Shown here piece by piece: positions 1-10,770 of a stretch of 64,000 bases of DNA. The translations under genes and the position numbers were made by a program. Origin of the DNA: Vicugna vicugna (Eukaryota); NCBI GenBank assembly GCA_013265495.1, contig MU058796.1, positions 1-64,000 on the forward strand. The letters are read 5' to 3'. Each line of letters opens with the position of its first letter. Position 1 is the stretch's first letter. Under the pieces are notes generated by a model. The model saw only the letters and a program-made list of their open reading frames with translations. It was not told the origin of the DNA and made no database searches.

Positions 1-18
1 AAAAAAAAAAAAAAAAAA
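1..18 (+). repeat. poly(A) tract, probably the tail of a retroposon lying left of the window
   Basis: 18 consecutive A at the window start. Confidence 0.6.
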
Positions 19-959
19 TCTGCTCCAGTCCTAAGCTCCTAAAAAAATAGATGTATGTTTAGCATGTAGCCTAAAAATTTATCAGTAATCATATTATGGA
101 TCATTTGGATGACAATTCTATAACCAAATACTGAAACTCACTTTTGGCTCCCAAATTCACATCTATGTTCAGAATATTACCAAATCAGCTGCAACCCTTT
201 AATTGCCTCTGGCTAATGAGAAGTGTCTTCATAGATAAATGAGAGGTACCTGCTCAGTAAAAGCCAACTAATGTCATTTGAAATCCTGATGAAGATTTTT
301 CTATGGTTTGAATATAGAAAATGATGAGAGAATTAAGTCCTAATAAGTGACAAGATAGCACTGGCATTCCAAACTCAAAAGAGCCTGATTGTCATTTAGG
401 TTGTGAGCAGCAATTTAATTTCCACAAAACAACTTCATCTGTCCATTAAATTAATGATCTTAATTTAAATTTTATGAGTTTTGTAGTTTTTATTGACTTG
501 AACTTGTAAAATGGTTTTTCTTATACATGGTTATATAAAGCCAATGAGCACACAGAGTTTATAACTATTTTTATGCTTAAACGTGTTTAAGTAATTCTAT
601 AATAAGAGTAATTAAGTCAAAGCTTAGGGTCATTAAGAAACTTTGCTCTTAAAAAGGGCCTATACAATAGTGGCCTGGTTTGTAGTATAGAGAAACAGCT
701 ATTTGGCCTAGTCACAGTTTGTCCCAGCTAATCCCCAAAAGAACAAAGCCATAGAATGAATGGAGCAGGCTAAACCTAGGGAGAAAATGGGCACAGAGAT
801 TAGGAAATATTTCTGTAGTCAGCTGGGAGGATTATAGTAGGAAACTGCTAAACAAAAAGCTTCCCCATTCCCTTTGAAGATTTTTAGTTTATTATCTCCA
901 GGGGAAACCGAGGCAACTGGTACTTCCTGGTTCTTCTAAAGAGTTCTATAAAGGCCTCA

Positions 960-1480
960 AAACATCTTTCTCAAACTTCCAGAAATACTGCATTTTGCCA
1001 GTTCTTACTTGTCCTCACGTCAAGTCAGATGCCAAGTCTGTTTACCTTCACAATTTTTGCATCAGAATTTTTCCCACCATTTCCATTGTCACTACCATTG
1101 CCTAAAACAACGATTTCTCCCTTAGGACACTGAAGGTAATTCTTCCAATGGCTCTTAAATGTGAACTCTTCCTCCATTTCAGTGCCCCTTCAATACGCTG
1201 CTCAGTATTCCCACAGCAAAGTTCAGGTCATTTTGGTTTCCTTCTCTGAAAGCCATAAATGTTCCACACTGCCAATTAAATTAGGCATTCAAGGCAGTTT
1301 TCTGACATTCAAAATCTTTTATGGTCTAGCTTCCATCTCTGCCCAAGCATGTTCCCCAATACTTCCTAAACTTCAACAACAGTAAGTTACTAGGTGTTCA
1401 TACCTGTCATTTTCTCACCCCTGTGAATTTATACAAGCTGTTTCCTTAAAGGAAATATCCTCTCTTATTACTTTTCCTCC
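960..1480 (+). mobile_element. L2 LINE fragment, left part, interrupted by the ERV-L provirus
   Basis: Pyrimidine-rich degenerate L2 3'-region-like sequence that stops at the LTR TG (1481) and resumes after 6930. Confidence 0.55.
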
Positions 1481-1906
1481 TGTCATAGGATAGGTTCCCT
1501 AAGAAAATGACTCTGAGACTCTGAAATGTATACAACAGGGGTTTCACTGGAGAATGTTCTCTGAAATGATACCTGTAAAAGATCAAAGGAAATAATAGTT
1601 TGGCAGAGGTTGAAGTTGCACTGGGATAAAACCTCAACAGTGGACTCTGCTGATTCTACTGAGAACTTGGAAACTGGAAAGACCTTTTAGAGATGTCCCT
1701 AGTCTAGGCAGAGCAGCCAGCTAGGCCTTGTATCTCTGTATTTACCAGTCACGAGATGTAGGCCACCCTGGAAATGGGACATAGTCTTTGGCAGGGCAGC
1801 TTTCTTTAACTGGAGGTAAGGGAGAGGAATGTAGCTACCTGTAAGTAGTAGCAAAGCATTAGGCAGGTCCTAAGGGCAGACAGCACAGCACAACACATCC
1901 TCTTCA
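1481..1906 (-). mobile_element. 3' LTR of ERV-L provirus (LTR33-like)
   Basis: Starts tgtcataggataggttccct...gactctgagac, the reverse complement of the LTR33-type 3' end (GTCTCAGAGTC...GGGAACC...GACA). It is colinear with 6497-6930 (both carry ggcagag/a..gaagttg) and has TG...CA termini. Confidence 0.75.
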
Positions 1907-2427
1907 GCTGATCCCTGTGCCTCTCAGATCCACTTGCTTCATATAGCAGGTTCACCCTACCTAGGGAAAACTGAATTCTGGTTGGGCTCTCTTCCTGGGA
2001 CAACTTAGAAGAGGAAGGTTTGTGTGACAAAGTGGAGCCCAAGCCTACATTTGATACTGATTGTCCTTTTCTCCAATATCTGTTGTGGATTCCCCTCCCC
2101 CTAGTCCAGTACTTCTGCTGGTTTATATAGGTCACCATGCAGATCTTAATATTTGAGGTGTTTGCTCCCATGGTCACCACAGATTTATCAGACCATGGCT
2201 GCTGCTTTTTCCTTTTACCACCAAGTTGTATAGGGGAATACCAGAAAATGCCCCAGTGGATCACCTGGGTGCCTGATCTGTTCTTTGCACCTACTGTGTA
2301 ACAACAGCCCTAGCTCCTCCTGATTATAAGGATCAGTTAACCTACAAAGGTCACTATTGCTCTCCTTGCCTGTTGGTCCCTTGGCAAAAAGAATCAAATG
2401 TGACTGGGTGGAAATCATCACATAACA

Positions 2428-2571
2428 TTTTTTGTTGCTTGTTTTTTGGGGGTATTAATTAGGTTTATTTACATGCTTGTTTGTTTGTTTATTTTAATGG
2501 AGATACTGAAGATTGAGCCCAGGACCTCATACATGCTAAGCATGCAGTCTACCACTGAGCTGTACCTTCCC
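2428..2571 (-). mobile_element. tRNA-Ala-derived SINE (camelid Vic-1 type) nested in the ERV-L
   Basis: The minus strand reads GGGAAGGTACAGCTCAGTGGTAGACTGCATGCTTAGCATGTATGAGGTCCTGGGCTCAATCTTCAGTATCTCCA (A box, AGC anticodon loop, degenerate B box), then AAATAAAC..AACCTAATTA..CCCCC and an A-rich tail. Degenerate TSD: cataacattt (2421) / cataaggttt (2573). Confidence 0.85.
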
Positions 2572-5500
2572 GCATAAGGTTTAATGGGACCCATGAGATA
2601 GCCCCTGGAGTAAATGTTCCCCCTGTAAGAACTAGCATTTCTAGGCATATGAAGCCTAGTTACAGATACAGGAAGCACAAACTCCCCAAGTGGATCACTG
2701 TAAAAGATGGGAAATGAGACCACTTATATTCCTACTCCCTGATTCCCAGACTTGTATACCATCTTTTGGGGATATAGCACCCAATGGTCAGTTATTTAGA
2801 TGAATATTGCCTCCCATGGAATGGTATTTATCAACACTGAGTATCATCAGCAAATTAGCACCTCAAGAGACTGTTCAAGAGACTTCAAGAGACTGCTCAA
2901 CCAGCAGACCCATTGGTGGTGCGGTATATGACAGGTCCAGTGTATCCCATAACCATGTGCCCACTGTCACACCTCCATTAAAGTATGTTCATTGAGTCAA
3001 GAAAATGTTAAGCAGGATTCTATATTGGTGGGTCAAACACTCTCAGGTAGTGGTGCTGGCTGAGGCTCAGCTGCTGGAAGTAGAGACTTATACCAGGAAT
3101 ATATCATGATCTCAGATGCTATCTATCAATCACAGCCCCTTACAGAGTTTAAAAAAAAAATCTGTGATATCAGCTTACCATCACTTTGGTACTTGATCCC
3201 TTTGAGGACTCGTGCCAAATCAATGGCTCAGCATTGGTTTCTGTTGCCAAAATGTTGGACTGTAAGTTGCAGCAGTAGTTAGATCTGTCTTGGTAAGTAG
3301 GTGATTTATGCTGGAGCTCCACCCTTTCCACCATGGCTACTCTGTTCATAAGCCCATCTTGGCAGCATTTGGGTGGCTGGTGACAAAAGGCTGACTGATG
3401 TCAGTGGGTTGAGTGATGCTGTCTATTTAGTTGACTAGTAACTTTTCTATAGTGGATGCTCTCTAGTGAAAATTAAAATGCATTTCCAAGATTGCCTCAC
3501 TTCATGCCCACTCACTTAGGTCTATTCACACTTCTCTTCTCTAGTCTTCCTTATTCTGAATACTTCTTTCTCTTTTCAAGCCACCTAACCAGTGAGCTTA
3601 GCCATTTGACCCTACCCACAAACACATAAATATATTCCTAGCTGGTGCTACTTTTCTTTCCACATAGAGTGCCTAACTAAGGGCACTGGCCAACACTGTG
3701 CTTAATGAGAGAATTTCCCCTTACCACACCCTACTCAGACCATCCCTGAGTGGAGCTCTCTTGCACTTGAGCCCATATTCCAAACCAACCCAACTGTGAA
3801 ACACAATTAGCCATTTTTCTTTTCTGTCACCAGGTCACAAGGGACATCCCCTCATGTGGCCATAGGTATAAGCCCAGTGGCACCTATGATAGATGACATA
3901 AGTTCTGGGCAACCCATTGAAGCCTCTTATACCCCGTGGCTCTACTCATGCCCAATCCTAGATAAATCACTTCCATCATATAGTCTATAACTGGGCCTGC
4001 CTGGCCTTATAATTCACTGGGTCTGTCAGAACCCAGCTCACCATGGGCATCTCTAGCCATATGAACATTTCATGTTTCATGGTCCAATTCTCCGTGTCTA
4101 CCAGAAGTCAGCAGCACACAAGGGGTTGTTTATATGAATAGTGTATAACTCTGTGCTGCAGATGGCATGACTGGCTCCAGATCACTGCATGTCTATATTA
4201 TAATTCTCTCTTGGAGTTTTACCCACCAAGATACCTAATACCAGAGGGTAGGCCAGATTGCATAGCCCTAGTGGCAAGATTGCTTGAAATGCAGCCTGGA
4301 ATACACAAAGCATATTCCTTGCATGTGGCAGCCTTCCATGTCACTTAGTAAATGAATTGGAGCAATAATTCTAAATGTGGAATATGCTGCCTCCAGAACC
4401 TTAAAGAAGCCTACCAGATACCGTATTTACTTTTTAGTGGTAGGAATATGAGATACAATCATTTGTCTTTATTTTGGAAAAAAGATGTGCTGGCATGCCC
4501 TGAACCCCTAAAATGTCACCAATGAGTCAGTTCCCTGAATATTTATATGGTTTATTTCCAGTCCTTCAGAGTGCATATATTTACTGAAGCCCTTGATGTA
4601 CTTGCCACTTTGTGCTCATCTGGTCTGATTAACATGATGCCATCAGTGTAGCAGTCCATTGCGATATTATGTGGCATGTATAGATGGTCTAGATCTCTTC
4701 TGATTATATTTTGATAAAGAGCACAGATATAAAACAAGATAGTGAATAAATATTCTTGTGTACCTAATGAGAATTCAGTTTGCTTCTGGTCCTCCTTGAT
4801 GGAGATTTAAAAGACTACATGCTTCTGTTCACTGGTAAATATATCATGTGCCCAAGGCCATGTTAATCTTTCTAGCAAGGACAGCACATTTGGCCTTACA
4901 GCTTCAATTGGTATCACTACTTGGTTGAGTCTGCAGAAGTCTGTTGTCATCTTCTAGGCTCCATCTGTGTTTCCACAGAAACTAGACTGGAGAATTAAAT
5001 GGAGGATATTATGGGGACCATCATCCTTACATACTTGAAGTCTTTAATAGATGCAGTATTATTTTGATTAACTACCTTGGCTTAGGGCTTTGAGGGAGAG
5101 GTTTTAGACATGTCTGCTTGGCCTTCCCTGTGACCCCTCTTATTCCATAGAATGAAGAAATCAATGCAGTAGTTGGTTTTGCCAAGTACCAAATATGTCT
5201 CCTCTTGGGCTTCATACACTCCACTCTAACAGATACCCCAGATATCAAGATTAACTGAGAGCCTGTATCCAACAGCCCTCAAAATGTCTGAGTAATCCTC
5301 TTTTCCCAGTATATAAAAGCATGGGTACTTTAGGTAAAGAACTAGGGTGTTAGTTATTATATTTACTTGCTATAGTGTTGGATCTTTCTTCCTGGGACCT
5401 CTTCTTGAGTAAATAATGATTCCAGATCTGAAAACAGGTTCAATTATACAAATTGAGCAAGGGATGTGATTTATTTATGGCAGTTGTCCTTCCCCTTATG

Positions 5501-6478
5501 GTTACCGGTTATTTTATTTAATTGCATAAACAATACCCTTGATAGCTGCCCATTTACCTAGAAAAAAACATGTTCTGTTGATCATCTCCATTGCTCTTAG
5601 CAAGTCAGAATCTTCACATCCTGTTATCAGTCCAGTCTTGCTTGCATCACAACTTCTCTTGCTTCTTTTGTACCTATTATTTTGGAATCCTGCCATCCCC
5701 ATTGTCATCAGGGTATAGCTCTTTTCCCCTGTTAGAGAGTCAGCATTTATCTACTGGATTTACTATTGTGATTTGATCTTATTTACTGGTCTGGCACCAG
5801 AAGAGTAGGTAGGGTTAGATCCAGAGGTGTTATGTAAGCTATCTTGCAAAGCAGAGACCACTGCATCATCTTCAAGTAGTAGCCTTTAACTGGGAGCAGT
5901 GGACCACTTCTATAGTGCTAAACATTTCAGAGAATAAAGATTCAAGAAATTTAGATCATAAACTTTGATGTCCTTAACCCATTTTTCATCTTGGCATACC
6001 AGGTTTGCTAACATGGAGAATTGAACTTCCTCTGGACATTTGTTACTTCTGTAACTAAACCCTAGGCTGAACTTCAGCTTATTCTGCCTTCAAACCACAG
6101 GAGATGAGAGCCTTTTTTACACTGTCCAAGGAGGCCCCTTGGCTTTCACAGTTCGCTTGTAATTGGTGGTTACTCTCAGCATTCCATTGGCTTTCTCCAA
6201 AGATTCCCTCAGCACAGCAATCCAAGCCATGTTGCTTATAATTACAATTTCCCTTAAATCTTTCAACACCTGAGATACCGCACCTGCTAGTGCATTCCCT
6301 TCCACCAACATCCTATTCCACATCCAATTCACCATTGCTAAAAAAAAGCAAGTTTTAACAATTGCCCTGATATAGTATGGCAAGAACTATTCATACTCCA
6401 GTCTCCACCAGTGATGGAATCCTCATGATCAGCTGGTCTGTCTGCTACAAAATTCCATTTTATGGTCTGCTTTTCTGT

Positions 6479-6494
6479 GCCACTCTCAGTACCA
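6479..6494 (-). other. primer binding site (tRNA-Leu type) of the ERV-L
   Basis: Minus-strand TGGTACTGAGAGTGGC, 2 nt downstream of the 5' LTR end, resembling the ERV-L PBS TGGTACCAGGAGTGG. Confidence 0.7.
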
Positions 6495-6496
6495 AT

Positions 6497-6930
6497 TGAT
6501 GTAAATTAGGATCCCTGGAAACAGACATTGAAAACCAGCTATTTGTGTGCAGAGGTTTATCAGGCAGTGCTACTGAGAACAATCGACGTGAAGGAGAAAA
6601 GGAAGCAGCATTAGGCAGAAGGGGGAAGTTGAAATGTGATATAATAGCACATGTGACCTCAGGTAATCCCACTGGAAGCTCTGAAACTGAGATGGTCCTT
6701 CAGAGTTTACCTCAATCAAGGCAAAGGAGCCAAATCTTTATGATGCCACTCTGACTTGTCCCTGGTTAAGGGCATCCTCTGGAAAGAAGTTTAAATTTGG
6801 GAGAGATGTTCCTTTCAGTCAAAAGCAATTACTGGAAAGGGACACAGCTCTGAGATCTCACAGGATCTTATGGAATGAATATCTTGATCATAAAGAGGGA
6901 TTTAGGTGGTGTAACACAGCATTCACTACA
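6497..6930 (-). mobile_element. 5' LTR of ERV-L provirus (LTR33-like)
   Basis: The minus strand begins TGTAGTGAATGCTGTGTTACACCACCTAAATCCCTC (LTR33-type 5' end), contains ATAAACCTCTGCACAC (poly(A)-signal region) and abuts the PBS. Confidence 0.8.
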
Positions 6931-7520
6931 CTTTCTTTGAAAGCCCACATCAAACTTCATTCTTATTCCTCCATACTGGAAATATTTTCATTTTTCCTCT
7001 GAACCATCACTGTACTCTGCTATATATTTCTTATGAAACTTTCTATCTTCTACAATATTTATAAATAAAGTTAATCTTAGTATTATATTTGAAATTCCTT
7101 GGGTGTAGAAGTTGGGTCTGATTTATCTTTGAGTTCTTTACTGGTCTATTTCTGTACTTTCTCATTGTGTAATCAACATTTGTTTTATGTTACAAGCTTC
7201 TATACATCTTCAGATCTCAGTTTACAAATTATTGCTTCAAGAAACCTTCTATAACACCCCAGACTCAGGAAGGTTATTGGTGTTTATAACATCTTGTACT
7301 TGTCTAACATTGCGTTAATTACAATTATACTTAATTTGTCACAGAAGTAGTTGCTGATAGAAAAAAATCATGAAGGCTAAATCTAGGTCTTCTTTTTTCA
7401 CCATTTATCAAAAATTAGCACAGTATATAACTAGTAATAGTTACTGAGTGAATGAAATGATGGGTGAACTGGTACAAAACTGCTAATAATTATTGAATGA
7501 GTGAAAGGGTGAATGAATTA
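6931..7520 (+). mobile_element. L2 3'-end fragments (continuation of the split L2 plus a second L2 tail)
   Basis: L2-like terminal motifs and (tgaa)n-type ends at about 7445-7520. Confidence 0.55.
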
Positions 7521-8075
7521 ATAAGTGAAGAGGAGAATCCCCTTTAGAACGAACGTCACTTGGTAAAGAATGACATAAACAGTCATTCCTGAATTGGGTC
7601 ATGAGCTTGCTTTCTTCTTAAGATCTTACAAGGATCAGCAGCACCAATGGGGCTGCTTTGATGAGGATGAAAGGATCAAAATATTTCAGGCATTTTGATT
7701 GCAGAGCAGAGCTGAGTGAAAGACTCCAAAAAGGCTAGTCATCTGGAAGACAATCTAAGGACCTCGAGCCTCTGAGGTTAAAGATAAGATAAAGAGGCAT
7801 GAATGAGGGATGTGGGGAGTCAAATATATTGTTGAAGCCAAACTTTGCATTGTCTGCTGTTTGACCACATCCATCCGCCAATGAGGACTGCATTTGAGCC
7901 ATCCCAGAGCCCTTGTATATAAGCCACCATGTTCTGCCTGTAAAAAACAAGACCAGTAAGAGTAATGGCCCTGTTGACATTTTTCCCCAAGTTCCTTGAC
8001 CAGATAGAACTGTAGGCAGTAAGGATCACAAGTACTCTCTCTTCTAACTCTATCATGATCAGGGTTCACCCACGA

Positions 8076-8112
8076 TGTGTGTGTGTGAATGTGTGTGTGT
8101 GTGTGTGTGTGT
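8076..8112. repeat. (TG)n microsatellite, interrupted
   Basis: Visible TG dinucleotide run with one aa interruption. Confidence 0.95.
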
Positions 8113-8204
8113 AAAGAAACATAGATTTCATTTGCCTAGTGCCAATGTAGGTGTTTTTTAATTTCAGCATTTTTTATCTTATTAACTCATTCTGATGAAC
8201 CTTG

Positions 8205-8365
8205 GCATCAGCTATCTAGGTTCAAATTCTGTATAAGCCACTAGTAAAGAAAACTGTTGAAAACTCACTTGGTCCGAATTTCCTCATCTTCAAAAACTAA
8301 GGATAATAGGAAAAGCTACCTCGGAGCTATTGTAAGGAACAAATTAAGAAATCAATTCAAAAGCA
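8205..8365 (+). mobile_element. MIR SINE
   Basis: ctaggttcaaattctg...tttcctcatcttcaaaa...ggataata, MIR core-like. Confidence 0.65.
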
Positions 8366-9959
8366 ATCTGAAGATGATAAGTCACCACCCCTGTCATTAG
8401 CTGTGACAGGCCATGCTCAATAAGAAGTTTTTCAAGGCATTTATTGATAAGATTATGTGTTTCTTCTTGTTAGTACTTTATCTGGGGCAGGTAAAAAAAC
8501 AACATCATAATCTAAATAATTATTGTAAGTAATAAAAATGCTTTAGAGGGAAGCACCTAGTATTAGCAGAGTACTAGCACAAGCACTCACTCAATGACTG
8601 GTTGATGTTCATGAAAATTAGGCCAGAAATTTGGGGCATAGTCTTAGTTGTTGTAAAGTCCAGTCCTTATCAAATGTACTTACAATGCCTCCTTTTCACA
8701 TTGTATATTGAGATTTAAGAGAATAACTGGCTTATTTCTCCGGGTCAAACTATATATCCAGACCTAGTCTTAGTTTTCTCATAGCCAAATATAATCTTTA
8801 TTTTTTAAGTCAATGTCTGTGAAGAAATTCTTAGGGTCCACAGGTCCAATTAAGTCTCTGCTAAAGGAATCTTCTAAGTAAATTTGTGACCACAGGGAGC
8901 CCTTTGCCCTTCTGAGAGAATGACTCCAAGTACAGAGCACAGGCCAGACATCAGCAGTGCGCTTTTCTAACTCAAGCTGTTCCGGGTGGCACTGTGAGCT
9001 TGGACATGCCACTTAACCATTACCCCTGCCCTCATTTATGAGACCAGGAATCGATTTTAACTAGCATTTATTGAGCAACTAGTACAATCAAAGAACTGTG
9101 CAGGGGACAGACGATGATTCCAGGATGTCTCTGACAGAAGCACAGATCCTAAAACCAGTGTTTTGTTTTTGGAATGTTGAAGGTGACTCCTAGTACTCTC
9201 AGCCCATTTTCTGCATGCTTCTCCTTCTATTCACTCCTTTGTAATATATGTGAACATATATGTGTAACATACCTGTATATGTGTAACATACCTTTGAGTA
9301 TAGGGATTCTGCTATAATGTTTTTTTTGTTTGTTTGTTTTTTAACCTCCCATTCTCATTCTTAGCATTCAACATAGCAATTACACACAGTAGGCACCAGA
9401 TGAAATTTAAAATATGTAAAATATTAATAGCTATTATCAATGGAGGGATTAGTAAATGTCATAATAATAAAATAATTTAGCCTGAATAACTAGTATTTAT
9501 TAAGCTTCTAATGTGTTATCTTCAAAAGGAACCTCTTAAGGTAACTAAATATCCTCATTTTGTATATAAAGAATGTAAACAAACCGAGTATAACTTAATA
9601 ATTTGTAGATTAAGCTTGGATTCAAACAAAAGCCTGTTCAATTCCAAATCATGTTTCCCAGGGTATCACACGTGGAAAGAAATGTATCCTAAAAAGGAAG
9701 AAAAGAATTGGAAAGGTTTCCTAAAAGTGGTGATGTCTGAGATAGATCTTCAGCTTAGATAGGATTCCAAAAGAGAGATGAGACAGGAACGTGTCCAGCA
9801 AAGGGAATAATCCCGGCCAGAAACTGGAGTGCTTCAAGTATGATTAGGGAAATAGTAATCCAGGTCAGCCATAGTTTATGGTATGTGAATAGTAATGAAA
9901 AGATGATAGTAATATGTGGCAAAATTATTTGTATGTTTTTGTTATTTTAAAAACATACA

Positions 9960-10770
9960 CATCAAATTATGTTAGTCCCCTGCTCAAAATGCTCCAGACT
10001 TTCCATTTCATTCAGAATAAATCCAAGACCCCTTCCCCATAATCTCCATGGCTGCCCCACTGAACTCAGGAACTACCACTCTTTCTCTCTGACCCACTTA
10101 ATTCCATCCATACGAACTTTCTTGCTACTTGTTCAACCCACCAAGGCCCCACTTCAGGGTGTCTACAATGGCATTTCCTGGGTCTAGAAATTCTTTCCAT
10201 AGATAGTTGTATCATTGGATCACTTGATGCATTCCAGTTTCATTTCAACTATCACCTCCTGAAAAGTTGACCTGCCTGGCCATGCCATCTGAAATAACAG
10301 TCCCCTTTATTCTCTACCCATTTATCTAGCTTTCTTCTCTTCATATTGCTTGTCTCTACCTTACATTAAGATAACTGTCAAGTTATCAGAAACAAGGAAC
10401 ATCTGAAAAAATGTCACAGCCAAGAGTTGCCTAAGGAGACATACAATGTGGTATCTTGGTTGGGATCTTGAGACAGTAGGTAAAAACTAAGAAAATCTGA
10501 ATCAACTATGAACTTAATACTTTTGTACTAATGTAAGATGTTAATAATAGGGAAAACTGGGTGTAAGGAAGCTCTCTGTACTATCCATATAATTTTTCTA
10601 TATCTGAAGAGTGTATTTTTTAAAAAGTTTGTGTGTCTGTGTCTACTGTTTGTTCAATTATTGTCCATTTCCCTAGAAACTCTTGTTCACTGCTTTATTA
10701 CCAATCTTAGAACAATGTCTGGCACATAGCAGACATTTGATAAATATTTGTATAATTAATCAATCAGTTA
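9960..10770 (+). mobile_element. L2a-like 3' end, interrupted by an old L1
   Basis: ccctgctcaaaa..ctccag..tttccatttcattcagaataaatccaa and terminal ttgttcactgct...tctggcacatagcagacatttgataaatatttg. Confidence 0.75.
10372..10630 (+). mobile_element. old L1M (L1MC/MD-like) 3' end nested in L2
   Basis: cctaaggagacat..aatgtggtatcttggttgggatcttg...atgtaagatgttaataatagggaaaactggg...ctctctgtactatc, typical of L1MC/MD 3' UTRs. Confidence 0.7.

Larger units (their letters stand above)
1907..6496 (-). mobile_element. ERV-L internal region (decayed gag-pro-pol), non-coding
   Basis: Minus-strand remnants: protease-like LDTGSQLILISG (ORF 5072-5272; ERV-L LLDTGSELTLIPG) and RT-like CYTDGIMLIRPDEHKVASTS (ORF 4552-4737; ERV-L HYIDDIMLIGPDEQEVASTL). 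It has many stops and frameshifts and is bounded by two related LTRs. Confidence 0.85.

Noticed and set aside
1806..2264. 152-aa minus-strand ORF
   Set aside because: It lies in the decayed ERV-L 3' internal region and LTR, with no intact domain.
2498..2571. tRNA-Ala gene
   Set aside because: It has a degenerate B box and stems, a SINE-type tail and TSD, so it is a SINE head.
1476..6935. TSD of the ERV-L provirus
   Set aside because: The flanks cctcc and ctttc match only 3/5, which is too decayed to claim.
7876..7943. CCAAT, TATATAA and a perfect Kozak GCCACCATG in series
   Set aside because: The ATG is only a few nt after the TATA, upstream of any expected TSS, and the ORF is 4 codons (MFCL*). 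Likely coincidence.
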